From positions 1,487-65,486 of the forward strand of contig CAJAQL010000029.1 of the NCBI GenBank assembly GCA_903944135.1: a stretch of 64,000 nucleotides of DNA, read 5' to 3'. Source of the DNA: an uncultured Parcubacteria group bacterium. Its GTDB lineage: Bacteria > Patescibacteriota > Minisyncoccia > UBA6257 > 2-01-FULL-56-20. This document shows, in pieces, positions 47,102 through 56,646 of the stretch. A program made the translations under genes and the position numbers. The notes under the pieces are model-generated. The model made no database searches. It worked only from the letters and a program-made list of their open reading frames with translations, and was not told the DNA's origin. Within the stretch, counting starts at the first letter, position 1, and each line of letters begins with the position of its first letter.

Positions 47102-47256
47102 CGAAGGCCCGTCCTATGATTGTCCGTACAAGACGCAGGATGCCGCTTTATTAAAGAGAACCTTATCGCTTCGAGCATATCGGAACTTTTATTTGAAAAC
47201 CGCCTTTTTATTGTGGGTTTTCTCTGATAAGATAACTGAACAAGTGCAATAAGGTC

Positions 47257-48228
47257 ATGCCCCTCATAGAAATAAAAAATCTGACAAAAAAATTCGACGA
47301 CTTTACGGCCGTGGATGATTTGTCTTTAGAGATAAACGAAGGGGAGATTTTCGGGCTTTTGGGTCCGAATGGTGCGGGAAAGACAACTACGCTTTCGATG
47401 CTGGCCACGCTTTTGCCACCAACCAGCGGGAATGCGGTGATCAACGGTTTTGACGTCGCAAAACATCCGACGCAGGTTCGACGCTCCATAGGATTTGTTT
47501 TCCAAGACCCAAGCTCGGACGACCTTCTGACGGGGAGGGAGAACCTTTATCTTCATGCTTTGATGTATGGAGTTAAAGACAGCGAGATAGACAAAAAAAT
47601 TGATGAAGGGCTGAAATTGGTTGATTTGACCGACAAGCAGAACATAAGAATGAGGAAATATTCGGGCGGCATGCGAAGGAGGCTTGAACTTGCCCGGGGT
47701 TTTCTGCATAGTCCCAAAATATTGTTCTTGGATGAGCCGACCTTGGGGCTCGATCCCCAGACGAGGGAAAATCTTTGGGAATACATCAAAAGATTATCAA
47801 CGGAAAATAAAATAACCATTATTTTAACCACGCATTATATGGAAGAGGCGGATGAGCTTTGTGACAGGATCGCGATCATCGATCATGGCAAGCTGGTCGC
47901 ATTAGATACTCCGGTTAATTTCAAGAAAAGTCTCGGAGGAGATTTGGTTACGATAAAAACGAAAAAACCGGACTTACCCGAGATACAGAAAATGGATTAC
48001 GTCAAACATGTGCAATATAAAGGTGATGTGCTGAGTTTGACCGTAAACGATGCCGGTTCTCATTTGCAGAAAATTCTTGAGAACGTCGGCGAGGCGGAAA
48101 ATGTCGAGCTCCATTCTCCGACATTGCAGGATGTATTTTTGAAACTGACCGGCAGGCAAATAAGGGAGGGCTCGGACGAAGGTGAGGGCGGCTGGATGAC
48201 CAGGACCATGCATTCAGAAAGCAGATAA
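47257..48228 (+). CDS. ABC transporter ATP-binding protein (ABC-2/DrrA-like)
   Basis: GPNGAGKTT, YSGGMRRRL, ILFLDEP. Confidence 0.9.
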   Translation: MPLIEIKNLTKKFDDFTAVDDLSLEINEGEIFGLLGPNGAGKTTTLSMLATLLPPTSGNAVINGFDVAKHPTQVRRSIGFVFQDPSSDDLLTGRENLYLHALMYGVKDSEIDKKIDEGLKLVDLTDKQNIRMRKYSGGMRRRLELARGFLHSPKILFLDEPTLGLDPQTRENLWEYIKRLSTENKITIILTTHYMEEADELCDRIAIIDHGKLVALDTPVNFKKSLGGDLVTIKTKKPDLPEIQKMDYVKHVQYKGDVLSLTVNDAGSHLQKILENVGEAENVELHSPTLQDVFLKLTGRQIREGSDEGEGGWMTRTMHSESR

Positions 48229-48246
48229 TTGTTTTTTTTATAAAGC

Positions 48247-49020
48247 ATGTTAAACATAAATTCAGAACTAAAGGGGCTCTACGCGATCTGGTATCGGGAA
48301 CTCCTTGTTTTCATGAGAGAGCCGTCGAGACTGATCGGGGCGATCATCCAGCCGCTTTTATGGCTGGTCATTTTCGGGACCGGATTGGGATCGATAATCG
48401 AGCCGGGCGCCGTAAGCGGCACCAATTATCAGCAATTTTTATTTCCCGGAATTCTCGTGATGACCGTTCTTTTCGGCTCGTTATTTTTTGGATTGTATAT
48501 CATATTGGATAAGCGCATAGACTTTTTAAAAGAAGTCTTGGTCGCCCCATTGAATAAAAGCACGATGTTCTTCGGGAAAGCTTTGGGGGGTTCAACGGAC
48601 GGCTTGCTGCAAATAATCATCTTGATGATACTCGGCGCGATATTCTTCGGGATCCACTTCAGCCTCTTAACGATCATTTTAACTTTTGTCATTATCATCC
48701 TGCTTTTGATCGCGGTGACCAGCCTTGGACTCGCGATCGGTTCGATCATGGAAAGCCCGGAGGGATTCGGATTGATCTCAAGCTTCGTTATCTTCCCGTT
48801 GTTTTTCCTGAGCGGCGCGCTGTTTCCGGTCACCAATCTGCCGACCTGGTTGAGGGTCATCGTGACGATAAACCCGGTTTCTTATGCCGTTGACGCATTG
48901 AGGTCGGTTATTTTGGGTATAACAAGTTATGGTCTGCCGCTCGATTTTACGGTGTTGATCGCATTTACTGTTATAATGGTAATGGTCGGAACTTGGGCGT
49001 TCAAAAGGATAAAGCTCTAA
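48247..49020 (+). CDS. ABC-2 type transporter permease
   Basis: 6 TM helices, the ABC-2 family pattern, and adjacency to the ATPase. Confidence 0.8.
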   Translation: MLNINSELKGLYAIWYRELLVFMREPSRLIGAIIQPLLWLVIFGTGLGSIIEPGAVSGTNYQQFLFPGILVMTVLFGSLFFGLYIILDKRIDFLKEVLVAPLNKSTMFFGKALGGSTDGLLQIIILMILGAIFFGIHFSLLTIILTFVIIILLLIAVTSLGLAIGSIMESPEGFGLISSFVIFPLFFLSGALFPVTNLPTWLRVIVTINPVSYAVDALRSVILGITSYGLPLDFTVLIAFTVIMVMVGTWAFKRIKL

Positions 49021-49187
49021 AAAATGAATCTCCCTGGACTAAAGTCCTGGGTATCCGCAGGATACCCACGCAATGCGTCTCGGGAGATTCTCCACCCTCC
49101 GCTTCGCTCCGGGCTTGGCTCATCCCTGTTGCCAAAGCGCAGGATGTTCGCCTAAGGTATAATAAATTTATCATTAATCAAAAAAAT

Positions 49188-49601
49188 ATGATGGGATTAA
49201 ATTATGTCGCGATAAGGGTCAACGATCTTGAAAAATCCTTGAAATTCTATACCGAGGATCTGGGTTTAAAGATCATCGAAAAGCGCAGTTATATGCCCGG
49301 GGAGCAAGTTATCAGTTTGCTTGATGAAGGAACCGGACAGAAATTGAACCTTATGTATTATGCGGAGGATTGCAAATTGTACACCCCATGGAAGATGGAC
49401 GGGGTCGAATTGGATCACTTGATGTTCGTGGTGAAAGACGCCAAGAAAACTTTTCAAGAGTTCGTACAAAAGGGAGCGCCGGTCGCCATGGAATTGATGG
49501 AAAGAAAGACTGATGACGGAGAATTTGCGATGGGGTTCGTTAAAGATCCAAATGGCATATGGATAGGCTTTAGAAGCCAATCCAACACCGGAAAGGAGTG
49601 A
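49188..49601 (+). CDS. Glyoxalase/bleomycin-resistance (VOC) family protein
   Basis: LNYVAIRVNDLEKSLKFYTEDLGLKII is the betaalphabetabetabeta module signature. Confidence 0.7.
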   Translation: MMGLNYVAIRVNDLEKSLKFYTEDLGLKIIEKRSYMPGEQVISLLDEGTGQKLNLMYYAEDCKLYTPWKMDGVELDHLMFVVKDAKKTFQEFVQKGAPVAMELMERKTDDGEFAMGFVKDPNGIWIGFRSQSNTGKE

Positions 49602-49670
49602 TTCCGCGGCGGATGCCATCCAGGGTTTTCCTTATAGCCATCGTTACGGTGTCGGGGGTTTGGTGGTATT

Positions 49671-50597
49671 ATGGACACATCCATGAATAAAAACAGTTCC
49701 ACGGTTTTCTTCACGACCGATATCAGCGTCAAGGGGCTCACGGAAATATATTCCCGCATCAACCAAGGGATGACCGGCAAAGTGGGCATCAAACTGCATA
49801 CTGGCGAACCGCATGGTCCGAACCTTCTGCCGCTCGAGCTCATCAAGGGTCTGCAGGCGGAGATCCCGGACAGTACCATCGTCGAATGCAATGTGCTGTA
49901 CCCCAGCCCGCGCTATGAGACGGCCGGCCATCGCGAAGTATTGAAAACGAACGGTTTTGATTTCTGCCCCGTCGATATCATGGACGAGGAGGGCGACGTC
50001 ATGCTGCCGGTGCCGGGCATGAAGGAATTTCTCGCCCAAGGGAAGGATTATACTCCGGGCGATCACCTGACCGAGGTTGCGGTCGGCAAGCATCTTTTGA
50101 ATTACGATTCGCTCTTGGTCTATACGCATTTCAAGGGCCATGCCATGGGCGGGTTCGGCGGATCACTGAAGAACATCGGTATCGGTATCGCTTCCGGCCA
50201 TATCGGGAAAGCCATGGTGCACGGCATGAAGGAGTTCGGTCCCGATGCCATGAGCCATATCGGTCCGGGATTCCTCGAAAGAATGGTCGAATCAGGGAAG
50301 GCTACCATCGATCATTTCAAGGGCCATATCACATATATCAATGTGCTGAAAAATATTTCGGTCGATTGTGACTGTGATGCGCATGGTGCTGCGCCGAAAT
50401 GCGCGGACATCGGCATTCTCGGCTCGACCGATATCGTGGCGATCGACAAGGCGTCGCTCGATCTTGTCTATGGTCTTCCCGCAGAACAAAAGCACGACAT
50501 TGTCGAACGCATCGAGTCCCGCAGCGGACCCCATCAGATCGAATATATGAAAACGCTCGGCATGGGCAATACCGACTATGATCTTATACGGTTGTGA
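49671..50597 (+). CDS. DUF362 domain protein (putative Fe-S/metal-binding, COG2006-like)
   Basis: ...YTHFKGHAMGGFGGSLKNIGIGIASG... and the Cys/His-rich VDCDCDAHG. Confidence 0.5.
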   Translation: MDTSMNKNSSTVFFTTDISVKGLTEIYSRINQGMTGKVGIKLHTGEPHGPNLLPLELIKGLQAEIPDSTIVECNVLYPSPRYETAGHREVLKTNGFDFCPVDIMDEEGDVMLPVPGMKEFLAQGKDYTPGDHLTEVAVGKHLLNYDSLLVYTHFKGHAMGGFGGSLKNIGIGIASGHIGKAMVHGMKEFGPDAMSHIGPGFLERMVESGKATIDHFKGHITYINVLKNISVDCDCDAHGAAPKCADIGILGSTDIVAIDKASLDLVYGLPAEQKHDIVERIESRSGPHQIEYMKTLGMGNTDYDLIRL

Positions 50598-50605
50598 GCC
50601 ATCAA

Positions 50606-50634
50606 TAAAAATCCCTGCGAAAGCAGGGATTTTG
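50606..50634 (+). terminator. Rho-independent terminator
   Basis: aaaaATCCCTGCgaaaGCAGGGATtttg. Confidence 0.7.
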
Positions 50635-50744
50635 ATCTGCATTATCGCAGGGGATTTCTATATTCCCAAAAAAGGACTGCAGTGATAAGGTGAAGACAGA
50701 GCAATTCCAGCACCTTAACGCTTTCATGCAAGGAGGAAACGTCC

Positions 50745-51653
50745 ATGAAGGTTTCCATGCTGTTGGTCATGCTGTTCGCCGCGCTCATCGTGCCGCCGTT
50801 CACGGATGCCGCTCCGCGTACGAAGCGGGCGGTTCCTGCCAGGCACACCGTCAGATTCGATCCTGTTGTGCGGGAAAAACTGGTCATCGCGCATATCAAA
50901 CAGCGGCTCGGATCGTACGGAAACGCTATCGTGACCGATCCTCGTTTTGCGATCGATCCGGCTATGTTCGTCCGTCCGCTGAATCAAAAACCTGCCGTTC
51001 CGCGCCAAAGGCCCAGACGGTATAACTATGACTATGTCTTCAGCCTGTGGTCAAAGGAACAGGGGCGGAGATTTTTGGAGAATAACGTCATTGCGTTCAA
51101 CTATGAGGAGAGGGAATTCGGCGTGCCGCGCGAGGTCATCGACGGCGTGCTGAACATAGAAACGCAATGGGGTCAGAGCATGGGAAAGCGGCCGGTCGTT
51201 ACGACGCTTTACACGCTTGCTGTCATGCGGCCGGATCTCGTCCAGCCGGGATGGTCCGAGAAGCAACTCATCGCTTTTCTCTCCATTTTCGAAGACAGCG
51301 ACACCGATCTCTTTTCTATCAAGGGATCGTCCACTGGAGCGTTCGGTCTGCCGCAGTTTGAGCCGACCTCCTATCCTGTTCTTGCCGTCAATTGCCATAG
51401 CGACGATGATGATGATCCTCCGGATCTTTTCGATAATGGCGATGCGATCTGCAGTATCGGCAAGTATCTTGCCCATGCGGGATGGGGTTTAAGTGAGGCG
51501 TCGCACCGGCAGGCGCTCTTTGCCTATAACCATGACACGTTCTATGTGGGGGCGATCCTCGATTATGCCGACTGGCTTGCGGGAAAATCATCGGAACACC
51601 CGCGCTATCAGTTGTTTCACCCGAAGAAAACGGAAGGGGCCGCTCGCAAATAG
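50745..51653 (+). CDS. Lytic murein transglycosylase (MltB/SLT_2 family), secreted
   Basis: Signal peptide; ...NIETQWGQSMGKRPV... and ...GSSTGAFGLPQFEPTSY... conserved blocks of the SLT_2 family. Confidence 0.7.
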   Translation: MKVSMLLVMLFAALIVPPFTDAAPRTKRAVPARHTVRFDPVVREKLVIAHIKQRLGSYGNAIVTDPRFAIDPAMFVRPLNQKPAVPRQRPRRYNYDYVFSLWSKEQGRRFLENNVIAFNYEEREFGVPREVIDGVLNIETQWGQSMGKRPVVTTLYTLAVMRPDLVQPGWSEKQLIAFLSIFEDSDTDLFSIKGSSTGAFGLPQFEPTSYPVLAVNCHSDDDDDPPDLFDNGDAICSIGKYLAHAGWGLSEASHRQALFAYNHDTFYVGAILDYADWLAGKSSEHPRYQLFHPKKTEGAARK

Positions 51654-51680
51654 CGGCCCCTTTAATAGCTATTTGTTATA

Positions 51681-52130
51681 ATGAAAAGCATGGAAAAGAA
51701 AGAAAATGAAACTCCACATCTCCGCATTGAAGAAAGAGCGAAAGAGGGGGTTCATCTTACGAAGAATGAACATGTCGGATTCAATGGCCGTTTGGCAGTA
51801 TTCATAACAAGCGCCGTAGGTACCATGTGGTGCGCCTATCTCTTCGCTGTTATCGCACTGATAAGCCTCCCGGCGGCCATTCGAGGGGGGACGCCCGTTC
51901 TTATCTCATGGATCGCGCAAACGTTTTTGCAGTTAGTTCTCCTCTCGGTGATCATGGTGGGTCAAAAGGTGGCCGCTCTCGCTTCTGACAAACAGGCGGA
52001 ACAAACCTATAAAGATACGGAGGCGCTTCTAAAACTTCAAGACGAAATTCACCAGATGATCGAAATCAATAACAAGCTGACGGAAGAAGTTCACGCGGTT
52101 ATTGTGAAAAAGATGGAACCGCTAAGCTGA
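51681..52130 (+). CDS. DUF1003-like membrane protein
   Basis: 149 aa with two TM helices in the middle and a C-terminal coiled coil. Confidence 0.4.
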   Translation: MKSMEKKENETPHLRIEERAKEGVHLTKNEHVGFNGRLAVFITSAVGTMWCAYLFAVIALISLPAAIRGGTPVLISWIAQTFLQLVLLSVIMVGQKVAALASDKQAEQTYKDTEALLKLQDEIHQMIEINNKLTEEVHAVIVKKMEPLS

Positions 52131-52192
52131 CAGAGCGGATCTCCGGAGATTTACATTCTGCGGACGTATTCACGGGGGAACGTGGCGGTCGG

Positions 52193-53011
52193 TCAGGAGA
52201 AAATCACGCTTCGCATACTTACAGAGCCGGCGTCGATACCCTCACTGAAGAAACGGAAACCATCGGTTTTATCCCGAAGGCTTGCGGCGTAGACAAGGGG
52301 AAGATAGTGGTCATTCGTCGGATGGGCCATGTCGGCGAGAGCTCCAAGTTTTTTGTAATCGATCAGCGCTTCCTCATTGCCAGCCTCGATGCTTTTCTTC
52401 ACGAACGCGTCGAATTCCAGCGCCCAGTCATAAGGTTTTGCGTTTTGTTCCCAGCGTATTTTTTGGAGGTTGTGCACCAAGTTGCCGCTCGCAACGATGA
52501 GCACGCCTCTCTGTCGTAAGAAGCCCAGTTCTTTCGCGAGCGCGCGGTGATAGTTCATTGGACGTTCATAGGCGATGCTGAGCTGAAAGATGGGCATGTC
52601 CGCTTCCGGATACATATTGCTTAGAACGGACCATGCGCCATGATCGAGCCCCCGGTCAAGATCGGGACGTATCTCCAGGGATGCGACAGTCGTTCTGACC
52701 GAACCGGCTTCGAGAGGTGCTCCGGGTGCATTGTAGCGCACCTCATAAAGCTCGGGAGGGAAGCCGTAAAAATCGTGGATGGTTTTGGGTCGCTCCGTCA
52801 TCGTGACGGCGGTATCTCTCCCGGTGAGCCAATGTGCGGAGATACAGAGGGTCGCACGCGGTCTCGCGAGATCTTTTCCCAGCTTGATCCAGCTCTCACG
52901 ATAGATATTCTCCGTGATGGCGTTCATTGGATTTCCGTGCCCTACGAATACCACCGGCATTTTTTCGGTCTTCTTGGCGTCGAGATGTTTCGCAAGATCG
53001 TGGATCGTCAT
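52193..53011 (-). CDS. ygiD: 4,5-DOPA dioxygenase extradiol-like (YgiD/LigB class III extradiol dioxygenase)
   Basis: MPVVFVGHGNPMNAI..., ...CISAHW..., a LigB-type His pattern, 272 aa. Confidence 0.8.
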   Translation of the reverse strand: MTIHDLAKHLDAKKTEKMPVVFVGHGNPMNAITENIYRESWIKLGKDLARPRATLCISAHWLTGRDTAVTMTERPKTIHDFYGFPPELYEVRYNAPGAPLEAGSVRTTVASLEIRPDLDRGLDHGAWSVLSNMYPEADMPIFQLSIAYERPMNYHRALAKELGFLRQRGVLIVASGNLVHNLQKIRWEQNAKPYDWALEFDAFVKKSIEAGNEEALIDYKKLGALADMAHPTNDHYLPLVYAASLRDKTDGFRFFSEGIDAGSVSMRSVIFS

Positions 53012-53038
53012 CGGATGAAAGACTGCATGTCCATCTTT

Positions 53039-54958
53039 CTAGGGCGTCGATGATGTTGGTTCAACCGTTCCGAGGAATAAAAAGATTTTTGACTCGAAGT
53101 TGGCGAGATTCGTGTCATCATTGAAGACGTGATTTTCGTCCGGATATTCGACGGTCGTGACCGGCGTGCCGAGCATCGTGAGCGAACGGATGAAATCAAT
53201 GCTCTGCTGGGGCTGGACGTTCGTATCCGATCCTCCATAGGCGACCATCACTTTCTTGCCGGCAAACTGATCGAGCTTGCCGAAGATGTCGGCTTGATCG
53301 TAGAGCGCCTCGTTTGCCGCCGAAGGATAGCCGTTGAAATAGAGCTCGGAGATATCGCCATCGTCCGCAAACAGAGTGGACCAGTCGGTTACGGCGCTTA
53401 TGGCAATGACGCCGTTATAGAGCGATGGATCATCGGCGACCGTTTCGAGACTTAGGTAGCCGCCATAGCTGATGCCCATGACATATGTCGCGGAAGGATG
53501 GTAATTTTTCTGTATCAGTTGCGTGCCGGCAGCAACCGCCGCGACGTCGCTTTTTCCGACATTACCGATCAAACTCCGGAAATACGCCGTGCCATAACCG
53601 AAACTTCCGGGATAATCCATTTTAAGGACCATGAATCCGGCCTGCCGCAGATCCTCAAGCATTTTATCGAAGCGGCCGTAGACCGGCGAAGCGTTGTAGC
53701 CGTCGCTCAGTTCTTCGTACGGGCCGCCGTGCAGCCAGACGATGAGCGGTGGTGTCGAGGAGCTTTGCGTGGAGGTCGTATAGCCCGGAGGCAGATAGAG
53801 GACGCCGTCACCGCCTGCAAACTTAACTGGTGTTCCCGTGGCGATCGCGGGTGTCGTATTCGGCGTTTCGATTGTCGTAGTTCCGGTACCGTCGAGCGTT
53901 GCAAGCATCGCTTCGCCGGCGTGCCGACCAACTGTCTGATACGAGATGAAACTGCCGAGATTCCGTAGCGGTGCGTACCAGGAGACCTGGTCGTCGATTT
54001 TTGCCGACCGGCCGGTCGCATAATCGTAGCGATAGAGCGACCAGACATACGGTGCCGCAACGGTATTGGCGGTATAAAAGAATGAGGTCGGCGTGGCGAA
54101 GATCGCTTCGGCAACCATACTACCGTCATCTTTCACGACCGGCCTGCCGATGTTCGCGAACTCCTGAAAGGTTTGGAGCGGCGGCAGATCAATACTGTAA
54201 ACGGAGTTGAAGCCGGACGTGTCATCGAGATAGATCAGGCGGCTGTCATCCGGCGCAAAGGAGAACACGGAATTCGCTTCGACGAGGAGATCGCGCTCTT
54301 CCGTCGGTTCACCCCATGTGTAGGTGCAGCCGGTTATGAGATCCTGAAGAGTGAATGTCCGTTCGCCGCTCATGATTGAATTCTGCGTGTAGTATGCCAG
54401 ATATCTTCCCCGCGGTGAGAAGGTGAGATAGAACGTGTCCGCCGATGGGGAGGAGACCACATGCAGGATCTGTCCCGTACGGAGGTCGACGACGGCGATC
54501 AGGTCCTGGTCGGTCAGAAATGCCGCTGTCATAGTATTGCTGAGAGCAATATTCGCAGCGTTCATGTGGAACGGCAGGATACCCTGCGAGATCAATTTTC
54601 CGCCCTGTACGGTGTAGACGGTATAGAGCGGCTGGCCGCTCGCGGCATCGGTGTCGATCGTGAGGAACGTGCTGCGATCGGGGGAGACATCGTAATTTTC
54701 GCCCTGAAGTTCAGGATAGACCGCCGGCAGCTTCGCAAGCGCCGTACCGCATCCGCTGCCGCTCAGCGGGCATTCATAATAGGTTGAGGTACCGGTTCCA
54801 CTCGACGTTACGGCGACGGTCGTGGTTCCGTTCGCCGTATCCAGACGCACCGCCTCGTCATATTTCACATCAAATGCTTGTGCGCTTCGTACCCCGCAGC
54901 CGATGACGATGATCGCGCCCGCCATAATCGCCAGTTCCGTTTTTATTCTTTTGTGCAT
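53039..54958 (-). CDS. S9 family serine peptidase (prolyl oligopeptidase/acylaminoacyl-peptidase-like) lipoprotein
   Basis: A lipobox VIGCG, an N-terminal beta-propeller-like region, and a C-terminal alpha/beta hydrolase with GISYGGY (GxSxGG nucleophile). Confidence 0.7.
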   Translation of the reverse strand: MHKRIKTELAIMAGAIIVIGCGVRSAQAFDVKYDEAVRLDTANGTTTVAVTSSGTGTSTYYECPLSGSGCGTALAKLPAVYPELQGENYDVSPDRSTFLTIDTDAASGQPLYTVYTVQGGKLISQGILPFHMNAANIALSNTMTAAFLTDQDLIAVVDLRTGQILHVVSSPSADTFYLTFSPRGRYLAYYTQNSIMSGERTFTLQDLITGCTYTWGEPTEERDLLVEANSVFSFAPDDSRLIYLDDTSGFNSVYSIDLPPLQTFQEFANIGRPVVKDDGSMVAEAIFATPTSFFYTANTVAAPYVWSLYRYDYATGRSAKIDDQVSWYAPLRNLGSFISYQTVGRHAGEAMLATLDGTGTTTIETPNTTPAIATGTPVKFAGGDGVLYLPPGYTTSTQSSSTPPLIVWLHGGPYEELSDGYNASPVYGRFDKMLEDLRQAGFMVLKMDYPGSFGYGTAYFRSLIGNVGKSDVAAVAAGTQLIQKNYHPSATYVMGISYGGYLSLETVADDPSLYNGVIAISAVTDWSTLFADDGDISELYFNGYPSAANEALYDQADIFGKLDQFAGKKVMVAYGGSDTNVQPQQSIDFIRSLTMLGTPVTTVEYPDENHVFNDDTNLANFESKIFLFLGTVEPTSSTP

Positions 54959-55153
54959 ACCTTCATCATATACTTTTTGTTCCCTTCGGGAAATCGCTAT
55001 CTTAACTTACGCGGATTTTTTTGAAGAGCACGAGCGATGCCAAAAATACCAACCACAGCGAGTGTCCTCGGTGTTCTTCCGATGGCGGTTCAAAAGTTAT
55101 CCGTTCCGCGAGCTTCCGTCGCCGAATTCATTGAGAATCTACCCCGATAGGTT

Positions 55154-55519
55154 CTAAGGTTCCAGCTTTTTCCTTATCTTTTCGATCACATCACCGATGG
55201 GACATTGCTGCTTGATGAAATAATCCTCGATTTTCATCTGTGCGATCCGGTTCAGGTTTTCGTCATCATCCATGTCGGAAAGGATAAAAATCGGGATATC
55301 TTTAAGGTCCGGGTGCTGTTTCAGCATGGTCATGATATAAAAATCATTGCGGGAGGCGAGAACGAGATCAAGAAGAATGACGTTTGGTTTTTCATCTTCT
55401 GCCATCTTCCATCCTTCTCCATCGTTTTTGGCGGAAAACGTTTCAAAACCGCATCCCTGAAATCTATCCTGAAGAATTTTTCTCTCTGCTGGATTTTCGA
55501 CTACGATCAATACTTTCAT
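55154..55519 (-). CDS. Single-domain response-regulator receiver (REC) protein
   Basis: MKVLIVVEN..., ILLDLVL (phospho-acceptor Asp), ...IFILSD..., ...YFIKQ. The acidic pair is E-N rather than D-D. Confidence 0.6.
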   Translation of the reverse strand: MKVLIVVENPAERKILQDRFQGCGFETFSAKNDGEGWKMAEDEKPNVILLDLVLASRNDFYIMTMLKQHPDLKDIPIFILSDMDDDENLNRIAQMKIEDYFIKQQCPIGDVIEKIRKKLEP

Positions 55520-55739
55520 GTTTTTTATGCGCTATTCTATTTTTCCAAAACTCTTTTGGAGATGCAATATCTTACCATATAACGTTTATCTGTCAACTTT
55601 TCCTGGCATAGTGATTTGCCGAATAGGCTGATGCCGTCTTTATGGATTTAAGGCATAATTTAGGATAAATTTATAGAGGCTCCATGAAGGGTGTATTTGA
55701 GCCGTTCGTCCCGCATCCAATATCCTAAGGAGGTGTACC

Positions 55740-56450
55740 ATGGCACATCCGATCTGGATGTATCTGCTTTTCGGTGTTGCGGTTTCGGAGGGGGCTTCTC
55801 TCTTGACGACCGTGTATCTTCATCGAGGATCGACTCACCGTTCGGTGACATTCAACCCGGTGCTTGAGTTCTTCATGCAACTTGGGCTGTGGTTGACCAC
55901 GGGGATTGATCGCAAAGAATGGGTTGCGGTCCATCTTTGCCATCACGCACACGCTGATCAGATAGGTGACCCGCACAGTCCGCTCCTGCTCGGATTTTGG
56001 AAGGTGCAGTTAGGCAATTTCTTTCTGTACCGCCGCGCAGCCCGCGACCCAAAGGTCCTGTGGTACGGAAGGAATATCATGCCGACATTCGCTGAGCGGA
56101 CCATTTTCCGTTCCGAATTGCTCGGCCTTGTGATCGGAGTGGCGTTTCTGTGGTTCTCATTCGGTTTTTGGCCGATGCTTATCATTGCCGGGACGCACGT
56201 GTTCCTTTACCTGTTCTTCCTGAACAATCTGATCAATGGATGGTGTCATGCGAGGGGATATAAGAACTTCTCTTCGGACGTGGCGTTCAACAATCGTTTC
56301 ATAGCCTGGATCACGATGGGAGAGGGGCTGCACAACAACCACCATCACAAACCGGGAAGACCTTCGCTCAGATATAAATGGAGCGAAGTGGATCCAGGAT
56401 GGATATTCATTAAGATTATGTGTCTTTGCCGTCTCGCAAGGATATCGTAG
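55740..56450 (+). CDS. Fatty acid desaturase (acyl-CoA/acyl-lipid delta-9-like), compact
   Basis: Three His boxes HRGSTHR, HLCHHAHAD, HNNHHH; GEGLHNNHH is like the stearoyl-CoA desaturase third box. Confidence 0.75.
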   Translation: MAHPIWMYLLFGVAVSEGASLLTTVYLHRGSTHRSVTFNPVLEFFMQLGLWLTTGIDRKEWVAVHLCHHAHADQIGDPHSPLLLGFWKVQLGNFFLYRRAARDPKVLWYGRNIMPTFAERTIFRSELLGLVIGVAFLWFSFGFWPMLIIAGTHVFLYLFFLNNLINGWCHARGYKNFSSDVAFNNRFIAWITMGEGLHNNHHHKPGRPSLRYKWSEVDPGWIFIKIMCLCRLARIS

Positions 56451-56467
56451 GCGGTCGATCCCAATAA

Positions 56468-56501
56468 CGAGGCTCCGAACTTTCCGGAGCCTCGCTTTTT
56501 T
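56468..56501 (+). terminator. Rho-independent terminator
   Basis: CGAGGCTCCgaactttcCGGAGCCTCG followed by ctttttt. Confidence 0.7.
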
Positions 56502-56646
56502 GCATGTAGAACTGCGGAAGGTATGGCGTTTGCTCGGCGTATCTGCAGGGTGCTCGATGCAATTTGGGCTGGTTGTTTTTATCGTTATGCAGCGCCGCGG
56601 AATAGTCTGATATGCTAAAATAGCAAGATAAATAAAAAATAAATCT

